DNA of 63,888 nt, filler included, from Peribolospora baueri (taxonomy: Eukaryota): NCBI GenBank assembly GCA_029717555.1. It is 4 parts of 4 records of this genome, joined end to end, with 100 filler letters (N's around TTAATTAATTAA, not from the genome) between each part and the next. Parts side by side here need not be neighbours in the genome. Positions count along the whole stretch, not along the records: positions 43,503 to 61,287 come from JAMDHS010000162.1; positions 61,388 to 63,888 come from JAMDHS010000223.1; 2 more parts are not named here. The stretch is one strand, 5' to 3'. Below are positions 50,705 through 62,351 of the stretch, in pieces. The translations under genes were made by a program, and so were the position numbers. The first letter of the stretch is position 1, and every line of letters starts with the position of its first letter. The notes under the pieces were generated by a model, which did no database searches, was not told where the DNA came from, and saw nothing but the letters and a program-made list of their open reading frames with translations.

Positions 50705-52056
50705 ATGATGCCCTCCCTCCCCTCTCTCCTCACCCTCGCCCTCGCCCTCGCCCTCTCCGGCGCCTCCGCCGCCCCCCTCCCAAACAGCCAACACGCGCCC
50801 GCCGTCCAGAGGCGCGCCACCGTGGACTACTACTCCCCGCTCGCCAGCGGCGGATCCATGCTCGGCACCTTCTCGGGCGCTGCTGACGGAGAGCCGCTCA
50901 ACGTGATCATTTCTGGAAAGGTGAGAGAGATATTAGCGTCGTACGTACGGATCGCGCGTCGACGCCGACGCCGACGACGACTCTCTCTCGCTCACTCATT
51001 CAATTCAGTCCGACCCGAAAGTCTTGACGTGAGTAGTCCGTCTCCTCTTTCGTCTTGCTCGGCCGTGCCGTGCCGTGCCGTGAGGTCGAGCGAGCTCTCC
51101 TTGACCGCCTCTTTCCACGTACACAGCACCGACGGCTTCCAGGACTACTACGAGTCTCTCGACTTTGACATGGAGTGCTTTAACCTCCACTCTGGCGGGC
51201 CTATGATGGCCAACCTCGGTGAATAATGAATAGACCTGGTTACCTCCGATAATAAATAGACCTGGTCACCTCCGAGCCCAGCTGGGCCGGTTTCCAGGCC
51301 GACCGGGGCGTCCACGTTTTCGTCGTCGCTCTCGCTCACTCACCGCCCCTCCCCTCCTCTCCTCACACACGCACCGAACAGGCGACGGAAACGGTCCGAA
51401 GAACCAGACCAAGGAAGTCCGCGAGGGTGAGAGGCACATCCGTCGCCTCCTCCGCTGATGCAGACGGATAGGGCGACGCTGATTTTTTTTTTCTTCTTTG
51501 TTTGGCTTCGTCAGGGTACGACATCAGCGGGTCCACCGGAAGCTGCCTCGAGAGCTTGATCGGCGGAAAGTGAGTGGGCCCCTTTCTCGGCCCCCAGAAA
51601 AGCCCGCCGGTCCTGACATCGCACCCTCGCTCCCTTCCCCCGCGCGACAGCCACTTCCGGATCTGGCAGCAGAACGGAGGAAACGCCAACTCGGGCGCCT
51701 GGTTCCTCGCGGCATCGATCGAGGAGAACGTGACGCAGGCGCACACCATCGAGCCGGACGGCTACGACAAGGGTCGGGACGCTATCGTCAACACGGCCGT
51801 CCAAGGTACCACCGGACCGAGCGGGCAGAAGTACAAGACTACCGCTACCTACGTCTCTGGCTTGCTCCAGCCCGGTTCCAACGGCAGTGAGCGTCTCCTC
51901 CTCCCTATCCATCGTCCTCCTCCTCCAATGAATGGAGTAGGCGTTTTCAGAGAAAGCCCGATCGCTCATTCATCATCCTCCTCATCCCTTCGCGCAGTCA
52001 ACCACAACATCTCCATCGACGGCCGCGTCGCTCTGCTGACCGTCTCCCTGGCCTAA
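50705..52056 (+). CDS. Secreted protein, LssY C-terminal-domain-like, about 7 exons
   Basis: Signal peptide plus QRR propeptide; GEPLNVIISG, ECFNLHSG, SCLESLIGGN|HFRIWQQNG, GAWFLAASIEE, HTIEPDGYDKGRD, NHNISIDGRVALLTV. Confidence 0.75.
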
Positions 52057-52602
52057 ACGGGTGCGGGGGTGGGGGGCGAGCGAGGCATATGATGAGCACA
52101 TGAGCGCATCCATCGTCCCACCTGTACCCGTCTCTCGAGCGCCTATACCTACCCGCGTCCACATGCAATGCACACGCCGGCCGTCGTCGTTCCTGACACG
52201 ACATGGCCCATCCTCTTTTCGCAATTCTCTCGTCTTTTTCTTCTTTTTCTTTCCCGATCCCGTCCAAGGAGCGAGCGAGCGAGCGAGCGTCGATCGATCG
52301 AGAGTTCAGAGACCAGAAAGAGGCGCGTGTGGGTATACGTCGTGGCTCACTTTTTTACTTTTTACTTTTTACTTCATGGACGGACGTGACCTAGGGAAAA
52401 ACCCGGCTGGACGGAACGGACGGGTCTCATTCCTTCCTTCCTTCTTTCTCGAGTTCCCCGTCCGTCATGAAAATGAAAAAAAGGGACTGGGTACATACGC
52501 ACAAACGGAAACGGTGCTACGCTACGCCACGCTACGTTGTTATGCCCGTTCGACAGAGCGAGGGCCCAGGGGCATTCCTCACTCCCTCACTCACTCACTC
52601 AC

Positions 52603-53384
52603 TCACTTCGGGACGGCCTTGACGGCGGTGCCGTAAGCGCACACCTCGTTCACTTCGGCGACCGCGGTCGAGTCGAAGCGGAAGCCGACGATCTGCGCGT
52701 TGGTAAGGGGAAGGGAAGGGAAGGGTGGGGCGCCAAGGCGGAAGAGAGGGGAGGGAGGTGGTAAGTTCAGCCAGCTCGCGCATGCTTGTGCCCTGCAGGC
52801 GAATCACCCTTGCCTCTCCAACCAGCCCCAGCCAGCCCACGGACGGACGCTCACCGCATTCGCCCCCCTCGCCAAGGCCATGCCGATCATCCTATCCATC
52901 GCCACCTCCCTGCTCTTCTCCATGTTCTTCGTCAGCGCGCCCAACTCGCCCCCGACGAACGACTTGAACCCGGCACCAAGGTTGGCGAACAAGTTGCGTG
53001 ACCGGACGGTCAGCCCGAAGACGTGACCGAGCGCCTCGCAGTTGTAGCCTTGGGTTGGAGAGGGGGACGTGTGCGAGCGAGAGCGCAAGTGTGTTAAAAT
53101 GGACGTCGAGAAGAGGTCAAGGAACGAGTCAGCTTCTTTGTTCGTGGCCGCCAAGGCGCCCAGGTCGAGTTACCAGGGCCAACTCGAGCCCACGTCACTG
53201 AGCGAACCCGAGCGGGACACCGGGTCGGACGGACGGGCGACGCACCGGGCAACTCGTCGGTGGAGACGATCATCATCTGCGTGTCCCTGTGCTTCAGCGC
53301 GCCCTTGCTGCCGGACTTGTTGCCTTCCGCGCCGCCTCCTACGGCCGCGGGGTACACGGGGGGCAAGGGAGTGGAGCTGGCCAT
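52603..53384 (-). CDS. YbjQ/UPF0145 putative heavy-metal-binding family protein
   Basis: Three exons: IVSTDELP|GYNCEALGHVFGLTVRSRNLFANLGAGFKSFVGGELGALTKNMEKSREVAMDRM...GANA|IVGFRFDS...EVCAYGTAV. Confidence 0.9.
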
Positions 53385-53469
53385 TTTTTTGAAGATCCGT
53401 GGAAGGAGTGGGATTTGTTCGTTGATTGACACTCGATGTGGGTCAGGCGAGGAGTCAAGATGGAGGGAG

Positions 53470-53838
53470 TGTCAGGGAGGACTTCCCTACTCAGGTCGGA
53501 TCACGAGCGAGGGACGGAGGACGGAATGGAGGTCCACCGGAAGTCGAGGCAAAGCAAGGAGCAGGCAAGTCGGGGACAGGGACGAGGACAGGAACGAGGA
53601 TGGGGCGGAGGCTGGGACAGAGGTGCTGATGCTGGACGGGGAACTCTGGAGGAAACCTGAGCGGTGACAAAAGTATTCTTAGCTTGGGGAGGAAAGATGA
53701 GGACGCCATGTCGGGCTCCCTTTATAAACACGTTCATGAACCGGTGCAGCACCGTAGCTCCTTTGTTCTAACCTCGCAACGTCACAGCTCCTTTGTCCGA
53801 GCCTATGAGCACGAGGTTCTGAGCAGAGATTTGTGACA
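53470..53838 (-). mobile_element. Solo LTR (369 bp) with 5-bp target-site duplication
   Basis: TGTCA...TGACA ends, GGGAG on both sides (53465-53469 and 53839-53843), TATAAA on minus at 53721-53726, 36-bp block identical to 61764-61799. Confidence 0.88.
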
Positions 53839-54274
53839 GGGAGAGGAGGGAGAAAGACGTTGTCGACCTCGACAACCCCACAACCCCACCCGCCCGTCGC
53901 CAGTCGCCCGTCGCGAGCGCCACGGATCATGGCAGGGAGGCGACCATGCGGCCGTGGCTGGCCCTAGCGGTTGGACAATGGGCTCGAGAGCACGTGCCGC
54001 CATGCAGACGCGTCTAGCACGTGCAGAGATCTATCACGTGACCGCATTAGTGGCGGTGGGGTACGGGACGGCTCCGCGTCGGGTTGAACGAACAGGTAGA
54101 GAGAGGGGCTGTTTGTTTGTTTCATGGTCGCACGACGGACGAGTGAACCAGACCGTCTCTCTTCCTTGCTTTCTCGTCCGGCCAAGACGGCTTCTTTATC
54201 TGCTTAGATATCGCGCCGAAGCGACAATCAAGTTCAAGCGGCTGGAACGAGAGAGCAAGAGAACGACGTTCAGC

Positions 54275-55067
54275 ATGGTGAGCTCCGCCCCTCTACTCCT
54301 CTCACTCCCTCACCCCACCACCGCAAGCCGACCCGCCCGCTTCTTTTCTTTTAGTCCGACTGGGAGGTTCGCTTCTCCAACACGCGCAGGGTCCCCTACT
54401 TCTACCGCGCCTCCACCAACGAGTCGCGCTGGGACGCTCCCCCAGGTCTCTCCGACGACGACATTCGCAAGCTGCCAGGCTACGAGCAGTACGCCCGTCT
54501 CGCTTACAACGCCGGCGCCAGCGCTAGCGTGGGCGGTGCAGGAGCCGGCGGAGGAGGCAAGGAAGGACAGATCAGAGCGAGCCATCTGCTGGTGAAGCAC
54601 GAGGGAAGCCGCAGGCCCAGCAGCTGGAAGGAGGTGAGTGGGCCGCCCGTTTGTCGTGTGCATGGCTGCTTGCGTACTCGCTTCTCCCGCAGCACGCGAC
54701 ACGTTCGTCGCTCTGTGCTGCTTCTCCAGCCTACGACGACGCTCACGCCTGCCGCCATGTTGGAAAAATCCCGTCGCCTGAACAGAAAACGATCACGCGC
54801 TCCAAATCCGAAGCGATGTCCATCCTCCGCTCCCACCAGTCCCACCTCAATTCCATCTCCGTCGATTTGCTCTCGTCCGAGTTCGCCAAACTCTCCAAGA
54901 CCGAGTCGGATTGCTCCTCCGCGTCTCGCGGCGGCGACCTGGGCTGGTTCGGCAAGGGCCAGATGCAGAAGCCCTTTGAGGAGGCTGCCTACGCGCTGGA
55001 GAAGGGCCAGATGAGCGGCATCGTCGAGACAGATTCCGGCTTGCACTTAATATTCAGGACCGGCTGA
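54275..55067 (+). CDS. ESS1: Parvulin peptidyl-prolyl isomerase Pin1/Ess1
   Basis: ATG-only exon 1; WW domain [15 protein letters not shown]...[58 protein letters not shown]...GLHLIFRTG. Confidence 0.96.
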
Positions 55068-56176
55068 GCTCGGCGCGTGTCAAGGCGAGGGCGCAGGTGG
55101 CGGCTGGGGAGACGCCGCCGTCTCGCGCTCGCCCCCTTCGCCGGCTTTGCAGAACAAAACAGGCCGGTGGGACGTACGCGCGCGTTCGCCTCCTTCCTTC
55201 CGCGCAATCCAAGTGCGCTTTTTCGGCACGAGATGGCGTCTAGGGAGGTGGCGGTCGTGGGCGGTCAGTCGTAGACAGGGGAGAAGGCCCGGTCTTTTCT
55301 TCGGAGAGCAGCGCATCAGCACGTCGGCACGCAGTTACCGATCGTTTGTCAGCAGTCTCGAATCGAAGGAAGGAAACGGCGGAGACGCAGTAAGAAGCAA
55401 ATGCTCTCGATTCATATGCATACCAAGTTCTGTGCGTGACCCATACTATGCCTCGTACGTACAGCAATCCGTTCCGTCCGTCCGTCGGTTCAGTTTGTTT
55501 CCAACCCCTCCCATCCGTCCGTTCGTTCTCGCCGCAAGTAATCCATTCAATTTTTTTTCTCCTTCGATTGAGCCCACTCGTCTGGACCTTGCGATGCCGA
55601 CCTGTGTCTCGAATTTCATAATGACCGCCGAGAGGCGATCACGTTCTCTGTTCCGTCGTAGATATGGTCACGTCTGCACTGTCATATATGTGTGCGACCC
55701 TCCGGGGTGCGGCAAGAACGAAGGCCGATCCGATCGTCTTCGCCCTCGCATGATGCGCACATGTCTGTCGTTTCTCGACTGCCTGTTTCCCGTCTCTCAA
55801 GCGGTGAGAGCGTCTAACGACGTTGACGACAACGATGGCGCAGATGACGACTGCGATGATGCCAAGTCTGGGCGTGCTGCTCGACGTCGCCCTCCACACG
55901 GGGAGTGAACGTCCCAGGCGGGATTCTCGTCCAATCTTTCTGTTCCCTACCGTTTCTCCTCTCCTCCTTCGCCTTCATTCTCTTATCCGCTCCGCACCCT
56001 TCTGTGCTCCTCCGCCTAGAGTCCGGTCTATGTTGGTTACATGCCACCCTTCACTTTATAGGAGGACTTTCGACTTCGACTGCAAAGGATGACGATGCGA
56101 GCCGGTTTCCATCGCATCCTGTAGTCGTCCGAGCCGGAGGAGACGGAGATGGCGGCGGAGCTGGCGACGTCAATTT

Positions 56177-56209
56177 ACGCGTGACGCGTCGTGGCTGGCT
56201 CCGACGCGT
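56177..56209. promoter_or_regulatory. Three MCB-like boxes (ACGCGT) upstream of the dUTPase gene
   Basis: ACGCGT at 56177, 56184 and 56204, about 140-170 bp before the ATG. Confidence 0.6.
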
Positions 56210-56345
56210 ACGAACGAGCGAGTAGATGGTTGGATAGATGCATGCATGGACGGCTCGTTCTTGTTCTTCTTCTTCCATAACTCCACCCATCACCACTTCT
56301 CTAGTCACGCCAAGCAACCAACAGCCAACAGCTAACAAGCACGTC

Positions 56346-57404
56346 ATGACCACCTCTTCTATCTCTCCCGCCAGCTCCACCCCGGCCAACGGAGCCGCGC
56401 ACGCCGTGCCGGAGAAGAAAAGCGCCATCGTGCCCCCTCCACAGTCTACCTTCCTCGTCCAGAGGCATTCCGACAAGGCGAGGCTGCCCAAGAGGGGAAG
56501 CGATCTTGCGGCTGGCTATGATTTGGCAAGGTCAGTCCTTATGAAAGACTTGCGCGCTCACCTTAGTCCAGCTGAGCTCCCTCTCCTGACTGCGACCGGT
56601 CGTTTTCCGTTCCCGCCACACCGTCTGCAGCGCCGAAGACAAGACGATCCCAGCGCGAGGCAAAGCTCTCATCAACACCGACCTCTCCATTGCCGTCCCC
56701 GAGGGCACCTATGGGCGGATCGCTCCAAGGAGCGGCCTGGGTGAGTGCTGGTCGCGCGGCGGTGTCGAATCCCCCCCGCGGCTCCGCCCTGTCCTGAACC
56801 TCCTTTCCTCCCGCGCGCACCGTATCGCTCTTTCTTCTCTCTCTCTCTCTCTATTAGCCGCAAAGCATATGATTGACACGGGCGCTGGCGTGATCGACGC
56901 GGACTACCGGGGGAAGGTGCATGTCCTGCTGTTCAACCTGTCCGACGTCGACTTTGAGAGTGAGTGCAGGGGCGCGCGGGAATGTCTAGCCAGGAGCCTT
57001 CCAATCGGTCCACGGAGCGTAGGCGGCGTCCGTCAACGACGAGACTGAACGTTCACTGATTTCCCGTTTCTGGCTGCCTCGCGCACTCGTCTCGTTTACG
57101 CAGTCAAGGAAGGCGACCGGATCGCCCAGCTCATCCTCGAGCGTATTGTCACACCAGAAGTGACCGAGGTGGAGGCGAGTACATGCCCTTCATCCCTTCC
57201 TTCATGTAGTCATCACGGCTCGACTCGGCCGGCCGTCCAAATTCACGAACACTCATCCGGCTCATTTGGTCCTTTTCCTTCCTTCCGGCCTTTTCGTATC
57301 ACCAGTCCCTTTCCGAGACGTCTCGCGGCGCAGGAGGCTTTGGCTCCACCGGCGGCTTTGGCAAGCGCCCGCGCGTGGAGGAGGCGGGCGCATCCGGCCT
57401 CTAA
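56346..57404 (+). CDS. DUT1: dUTP pyrophosphatase
   Basis: All five motifs: [44 protein letters not shown]. Four introns, the last probably GC-AG. Confidence 0.96.
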
Positions 57405-58062
57405 CGGCACCTGATGATCTAGACTACCCTGCTGTCCGCCGGCCAGAATGGACATCATACCGCCGTCATGCTGGCGGCTTGGGGGTTGGAATGGAGCGGA
57501 AGTGTGCGATTGTAGACCATGGACTTTTTTTTTTTTGCAAGGAACTATTAGAACCCCACCGGTTGCCGAGGTTTCCAACAGCATACGCCTCTGTCTCTGT
57601 CTCGTATTTTGCGAGTCGAACGTTGGAAGAAAGGACGTTTTCGAGCGCCCACTAACTAGGACTCCGGGAGGCGCCCTGCCCTCATCATGTCCCCGCGCGT
57701 GCACTCCTCCACAGCCGGTCTAAGCTCAGTCGAGTTGCAAGGCCCAGTCAGCGTTGGACGAAAACGAGAGCGATATATATCGTGTAACGACAGTGATCGA
57801 AGATTATCCTAACGAAATGCCTGTTGAATGCCCTTGAATGCCCCTGAGAGATTACGGAATCCCGGCCGAACCGGTGGCCTTGCACATTACAGCTCCAGCA
57901 CCAGCTCCATCCCCCTCCGCCGTGCTGGTCGACCGAACGAATGCTTGGTCGCAAGCAACGCATGTTGCCCGGACTGACCAAACCGAACAAACAAAGAAAG
58001 GAGCGACGGAACTGCTCGTCGTCGGATGTCCCTTTCCTTCCCCTTCCCCTTCCCCTTCCCCT

Positions 58063-60710
58063 TCACCGGTTCACATCACTCTTGGCCCTCATCTTAGCAC
58101 CATGGAAATAGATCAAGATGGGAAAGGGAACGCCAATGATAATGGCGATGCCGGCCAGCAGCGAGTTGCCGCCGCCGATCGTGAGCGCTTGGAACATCTG
58201 CTCGCCGCACAGAGGCAAGGCGAAGCCGAAGAGGGAGCGGAGGACCGTGGCGGCTGCTGTCGCCGAGGCGGCATATTTGAAGGCATCGACCTGGAGGCGA
58301 GGGGGAGTAGGAGTGGCGGAGCAGGAGTGGATTTGGATGAGTCACAAGTGGGGATAAACGATGTCTAGTCCAACGAACTCACGAGGTATAGGGATACGCC
58401 GAGGAATGAGTTCATCCTGGTGCACACGAACGGAACAGGGCGGGTGAAGGGACGACGACGACCTCTCGTCAGTCCTTTCTGAGAGCGCGCCAGCGGGAAG
58501 GGCGACACTTAGACCAGACGAACACGAACGAATGTGAGGGAGGGAGGGCCGCCGACTCACATTCCAAAGGTGAAGATGCCGGCGCCGATGATGGGCATGA
58601 CCCAATGAATGTGTGCTTGTGCGCTCCAGCCATACCAGAAAAGGCCGACGGGAACGAGGACGGCCTATAGGGGCGAAGAGAAATAACGCCAAGAATGAAA
58701 TCAGTGATCGACGAGGTAGATCAGCCTCTGAACCACGCCGACCTGACACTCACACCGAGGCTGAGCACGGGAATTCTCATCTCTGGCGTCCCCACGCCGC
58801 CATTCTTAGCACTCAGGCGGCGATAAACGGCGTCCATCAACAATCCTCCGGCGACGGAAGCGAACAAGCTTCCCAAGCCGGGCCCAAGGTACGCCAATCC
58901 GCTCACGCCGACGCTCCAGCCGTAAGTGATGGTGAAGAGGTCTGGGAAGGAGACGAAGAGCAAGTAGAGAATGCCGTAGAGGAAAGCCATGTACAAGCTG
59001 AGTACAAGACAGATGGGGCTGAGGACGAGGAGAGCCAGCGGTCTCGTCAAGTTGAGCCACAAAACATGGCGGGCGCTCTTCGTTCCTTCGCCGCGGCCCA
59101 TCTCCTCGGCTGTTCGGAGCGCTTGGTTGCCCGTAGAGTGGCGCAGCCGAGCGGCTTTTCGGGCGAGGAGGATGGGCGCGTACGTCTCGCGGAGAAAGAT
59201 GATGCCGACGACGGCGAAGGCGCCGCAGGCCATCGCCCTGAGCGTCGAGGTTGTAAAGCAAGGTGGAAGGTTGTGAGCTTGGGCCGAGGGAGGCAGGACG
59301 ACGAGACAGCGGGACGGGTTGTGAGATGAACTAGAGAGACTCACAGGACCCAAAACAACCAACGATAGCCGGCGTATTGAGCGATGAAGCCGCCAGCGAT
59401 AGGTCCTTGAGGGATGGGTAAGAGCCAGAGCCAAAGCCGGCGAGAATCAGTCCAAGTGAAGGTTTCGGAAGGACGTTAGCGCGGCTCGCTTACCGAGAAC
59501 GGGTCCTACAAGCGGTCCAAAAGAGTAAGTGGCCATGGCCTTTGCTCGTTCCCTTGGCTCGAAGAGATCTCCGATCGTTCCTCCACCGACAGCCAACGGC
59601 GCCGAGGCGCCGAGGCCGGCGAAGAAGCGACACAAAATCATGGCTGCCGTGTTTGGCTTGTTGAATGGAGTGAAATGGAGAACGGAGAGGATGGCCAAGG
59701 TTGAGGGAAGAGATATGGGCAAGCTTAGAAAACTGAAAACGGACACTCACTGCCCATGCACAGCCGAGATTGAACGCGAGGTAGAATAGGTTGCTGTAGT
59801 GAAGGACCCAAGTACGACCATAAAGCTCGCTGAGAGGCCTGCGACGCAGAGCACACGGTCAGACAGAGAGAGGTAGGTAGGCGACGGAATAGGGGACAGT
59901 CAGCCGTTCGTTCATTCGTCAGTCAGTCGCACCTCCCAGACTCCCAAACGCTCACCCAAGCACAAGCGGGCCGACGGCGTAAGCGAGCAAGAAGATGCTG
60001 AGCATGAGCGCGACGACGGTCGAATTGGTGACGCCAAACTTCATGGCTATTTCTGGCAAGGCGGGGGCCATTATGGAAGAACCGAGGGGACTAGAGAGAG
60101 CAATAAGGGATGGGGATGGGAGATGTAGTAAAGGTGCGAGGGCGTCAGCAAGCGGGCGCGTGTGTGATGGCTTTCTTGTTGCGGCTGGCTGGCAACACGG
60201 GCCTGAGCAGCGCCAACGGTCCAGTCCAGGTAGAGACGTAAGCGTCGTCGAGAGTGTGAAGCCGTGGTGAGCGAGCCTAAGCTCGGCGGCGCAAACTCGC
60301 CTGATGAACGTGTATCCAGCGACGATTCCCGTTGCGATCCACTTTTTCCTCGATGGCCAGTTTCTGGGGTTGGCCGGGTCATCGCATCCATCCCAAGTGA
60401 CGAGGTTTGGGTCGTCGTCGGACGGCCTGGCCTTCTCGAGGTCTTCCCCGTCCCTCTCTCCTTTCTTGTCCCCCTCGACGTCGTTCAACGTCTCCTTGCC
60501 ATCTTCGTTAAACGTCGACGATTTCCCGCTCGCGCCCGTCTTCGGCGGCGCGACGACCTTGCTCCTCTCGCGGTCGGTATTGTACGCCCCCGGGTCGCGG
60601 TCGCCGGTCAAGACGCGCGAGACGGGCGCGGCGAGGGCAGCGGCCTGTGCGAGCTGGAGGGAGACGGCGGAGAGGTTAGACGCCGTGCGATGAAGGTCGT
60701 CGTTGGACAT
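58063..60710 (-). CDS. MFS drug:H+ antiporter, DHA1 family
   Basis: VTWDGCDDPANPRNW, SSIMAPA, YAVGPLVLGPLSELYGR, GGGTIGDLF, GPIAGGFI, LRETYAP, PEMR, GLFWYGW, AASATAAATVLRSLFGF. Confidence 0.93.
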
Positions 60711-61255
60711 TGGCGGTGGCGTTGATTGGATGCTTCGAGCGAAAGGAGAAAAGGGAAATGGGGTTTAGGAAGGAGGAAAACGGGTCAATTCCTCGTCTCC
60801 AGGGAATTTTCCGGGGGGCGGCCGCCTTGTTTATAAACGGGCCAAGCGGCTCGAGGTGGGTGGCCTGCACTGGACTGCACGCGGCAAAGTGAGCACTCGA
60901 AGCAGCAGCGGTGAGCGAAAAAGGACGAGAGGGACAATGTCCGGTTGCGGTTGCGGGAGTCGCAAGGAGGGAGAAGGGCCACCGCGATGGAGAGGTGGAG
61001 GTGGAGGAGGAAGACAGATGGACCGGTGAGAAACGACATCCATCCTATTATGTGCAAGCAGCGTTCGGTTTGACTCGACGGCCGCCAACGCCGGCCTGCG
61101 TCCTCGGCCCGACAATGGCGGCAGCGGTGCAACGCCACTATGTAGGCCACATCGAGCCCACCACGCTATCTATCTTTCCACGCCCGCTCGTCTTGTCTTG
61201 CCTTGGCGCAACGAAAGAAAGAAAGAAAAGAAGCGCGAGCCGGGCCGCCCGACCG

Positions 61256-61287
<32 letters not shown>

Positions 61288-61387
61288 NNNNNNNNNNNNN
61301 NNNNNNNNNNNNNNNNNNNNNNNNNNNNNNNTTAATTAATTAANNNNNNNNNNNNNNNNNNNNNNNNNNNNNNNNNNNNNNNNNNNN
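61288..61387. other. Artificial contig linker
   Basis: N44-TTAATTAATTAA-N44. Confidence 0.98.
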
Positions 61388-61599
61388 TGAATGAATTGTA
61401 TTCAGACGTCAGACGTTGGTGTGGCGGCAAGCGATCCCGTGCACACTGCATATGGCGCTCAGTCCCGCAACAGGATCGCAGAATTCAATGCCGCTTCTGC
61501 AAAATTGAAAAAAAGAAAAGTTTTAGATGCCCCTAGGCATAAACATAGGCGCTGGCTCCATCAAGGTTTTGCAACTTGACCAGACGCTTTCGGCTCTGA

Positions 61600-61921
61600 T
61601 GTCAGGAATTGCTCCATACTCAGGGTTAGGGTTAGGTATCCCTACTCAGGTCGTCGGGTGGCAAGGCAGGAAGAACGGAAGGGGTTGTACCAGGAGTCGA
61701 CACCGAACCGAGACAGGAGGGGGAAGGAGAGCAAGGAAGCAGAGAGGCAAGACAAACTCAGGGACCTGAGCGGTGACAAAAGTATTCTTAGCTTGGGGAA
61801 AGGAGAGGTGGAGGCTCTGTCGGGCCTCCTATATATACAAGGCAGTCGTGTCATCGGATCGGAGAGTCGTGTCATCGGATCGGAGGGTCGTGTCATCGGA
61901 CCAGAGGCGGCGTTCCTGACA
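61600..61921 (-). mobile_element. LTR related to the solo LTR at 53470-53838
   Basis: Perfect 9-bp terminal inverted repeat TGTCAGGAA/TTCCTGACA, shared CCCTACTCAGGTCG and 36-bp core, TATA box at about 61829-61837, 21-bp x3 internal repeat. No TSD seen. Confidence 0.82.
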
Positions 61922-62329
61922 GTCCCGGATCGGAGTTCATGACAACGAGATCTCTTCTTCCAGAGACTCCGAGCACGGGGTTATTCCCCTCGATATCTCA
62001 AGAAGGTCTTCCTCAGTCTCAACTACTGCGCTCTCCGCGGGCGTGCCCTTTCAGACGCACCTCCGGCTGAAAGAGAGACGAGCGACGCTACGAAACCGCC
62101 ACCACGGCTCGTGTTCAAAACCTTTTACAACCCCATTTGGGATGGAGTCGATTTGCGTCCCGTCTGGGACCTTTACCTCTCCCAATGGGTTGATCTCGGG
62201 TTCGTCCCTCAGGGCACTCGGATTATCAATTGTAAAAGGAAGACACGTAGCCTCGGTGACCTTTTCAACGCGTCAAACAAGAGATCTATCCTGGGAGAGT
62301 CGCGTTAAACGCGTGCAGTTGGATTACCA
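61922..62329 (+). mobile_element. 3' fragment of an endonuclease-less Penelope-like retroelement (Coprina/Athena type)
   Basis: Frame 61943-62308: QRDLFFQRLRARGYSPRYLKKVF...RLVFKTFYNPIWDGVDL...KRKTRSLGDLFNASNK*. It resembles the PLE post-RT C-terminal region, has no GIY-YIG, and ends at telomeric repeats. Confidence 0.72.
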
Positions 62330-62351
62330 CCCTAACCCTAACCCTAACCCT
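62330..62351. repeat. Interstitial telomeric repeat (CCCTAA)3CCCT
   Basis: Read directly. Confidence 0.9.

Noticed and set aside
58195..58230. Suspected frameshift near the end of the DHA1 transporter
   Set aside because: Re-reading gives an intact frame FGFALPLCGEQMF.
61575..61600. Minus-strand GCCGAAAGCGTC resembling the 3' half of a PLE hammerhead ribozyme, and TCAGAGC resembling a tRNA-Met PBS
   Set aside because: No CTGANGA core with a pairing stem found, and the PBS lacks its TGGTA start.
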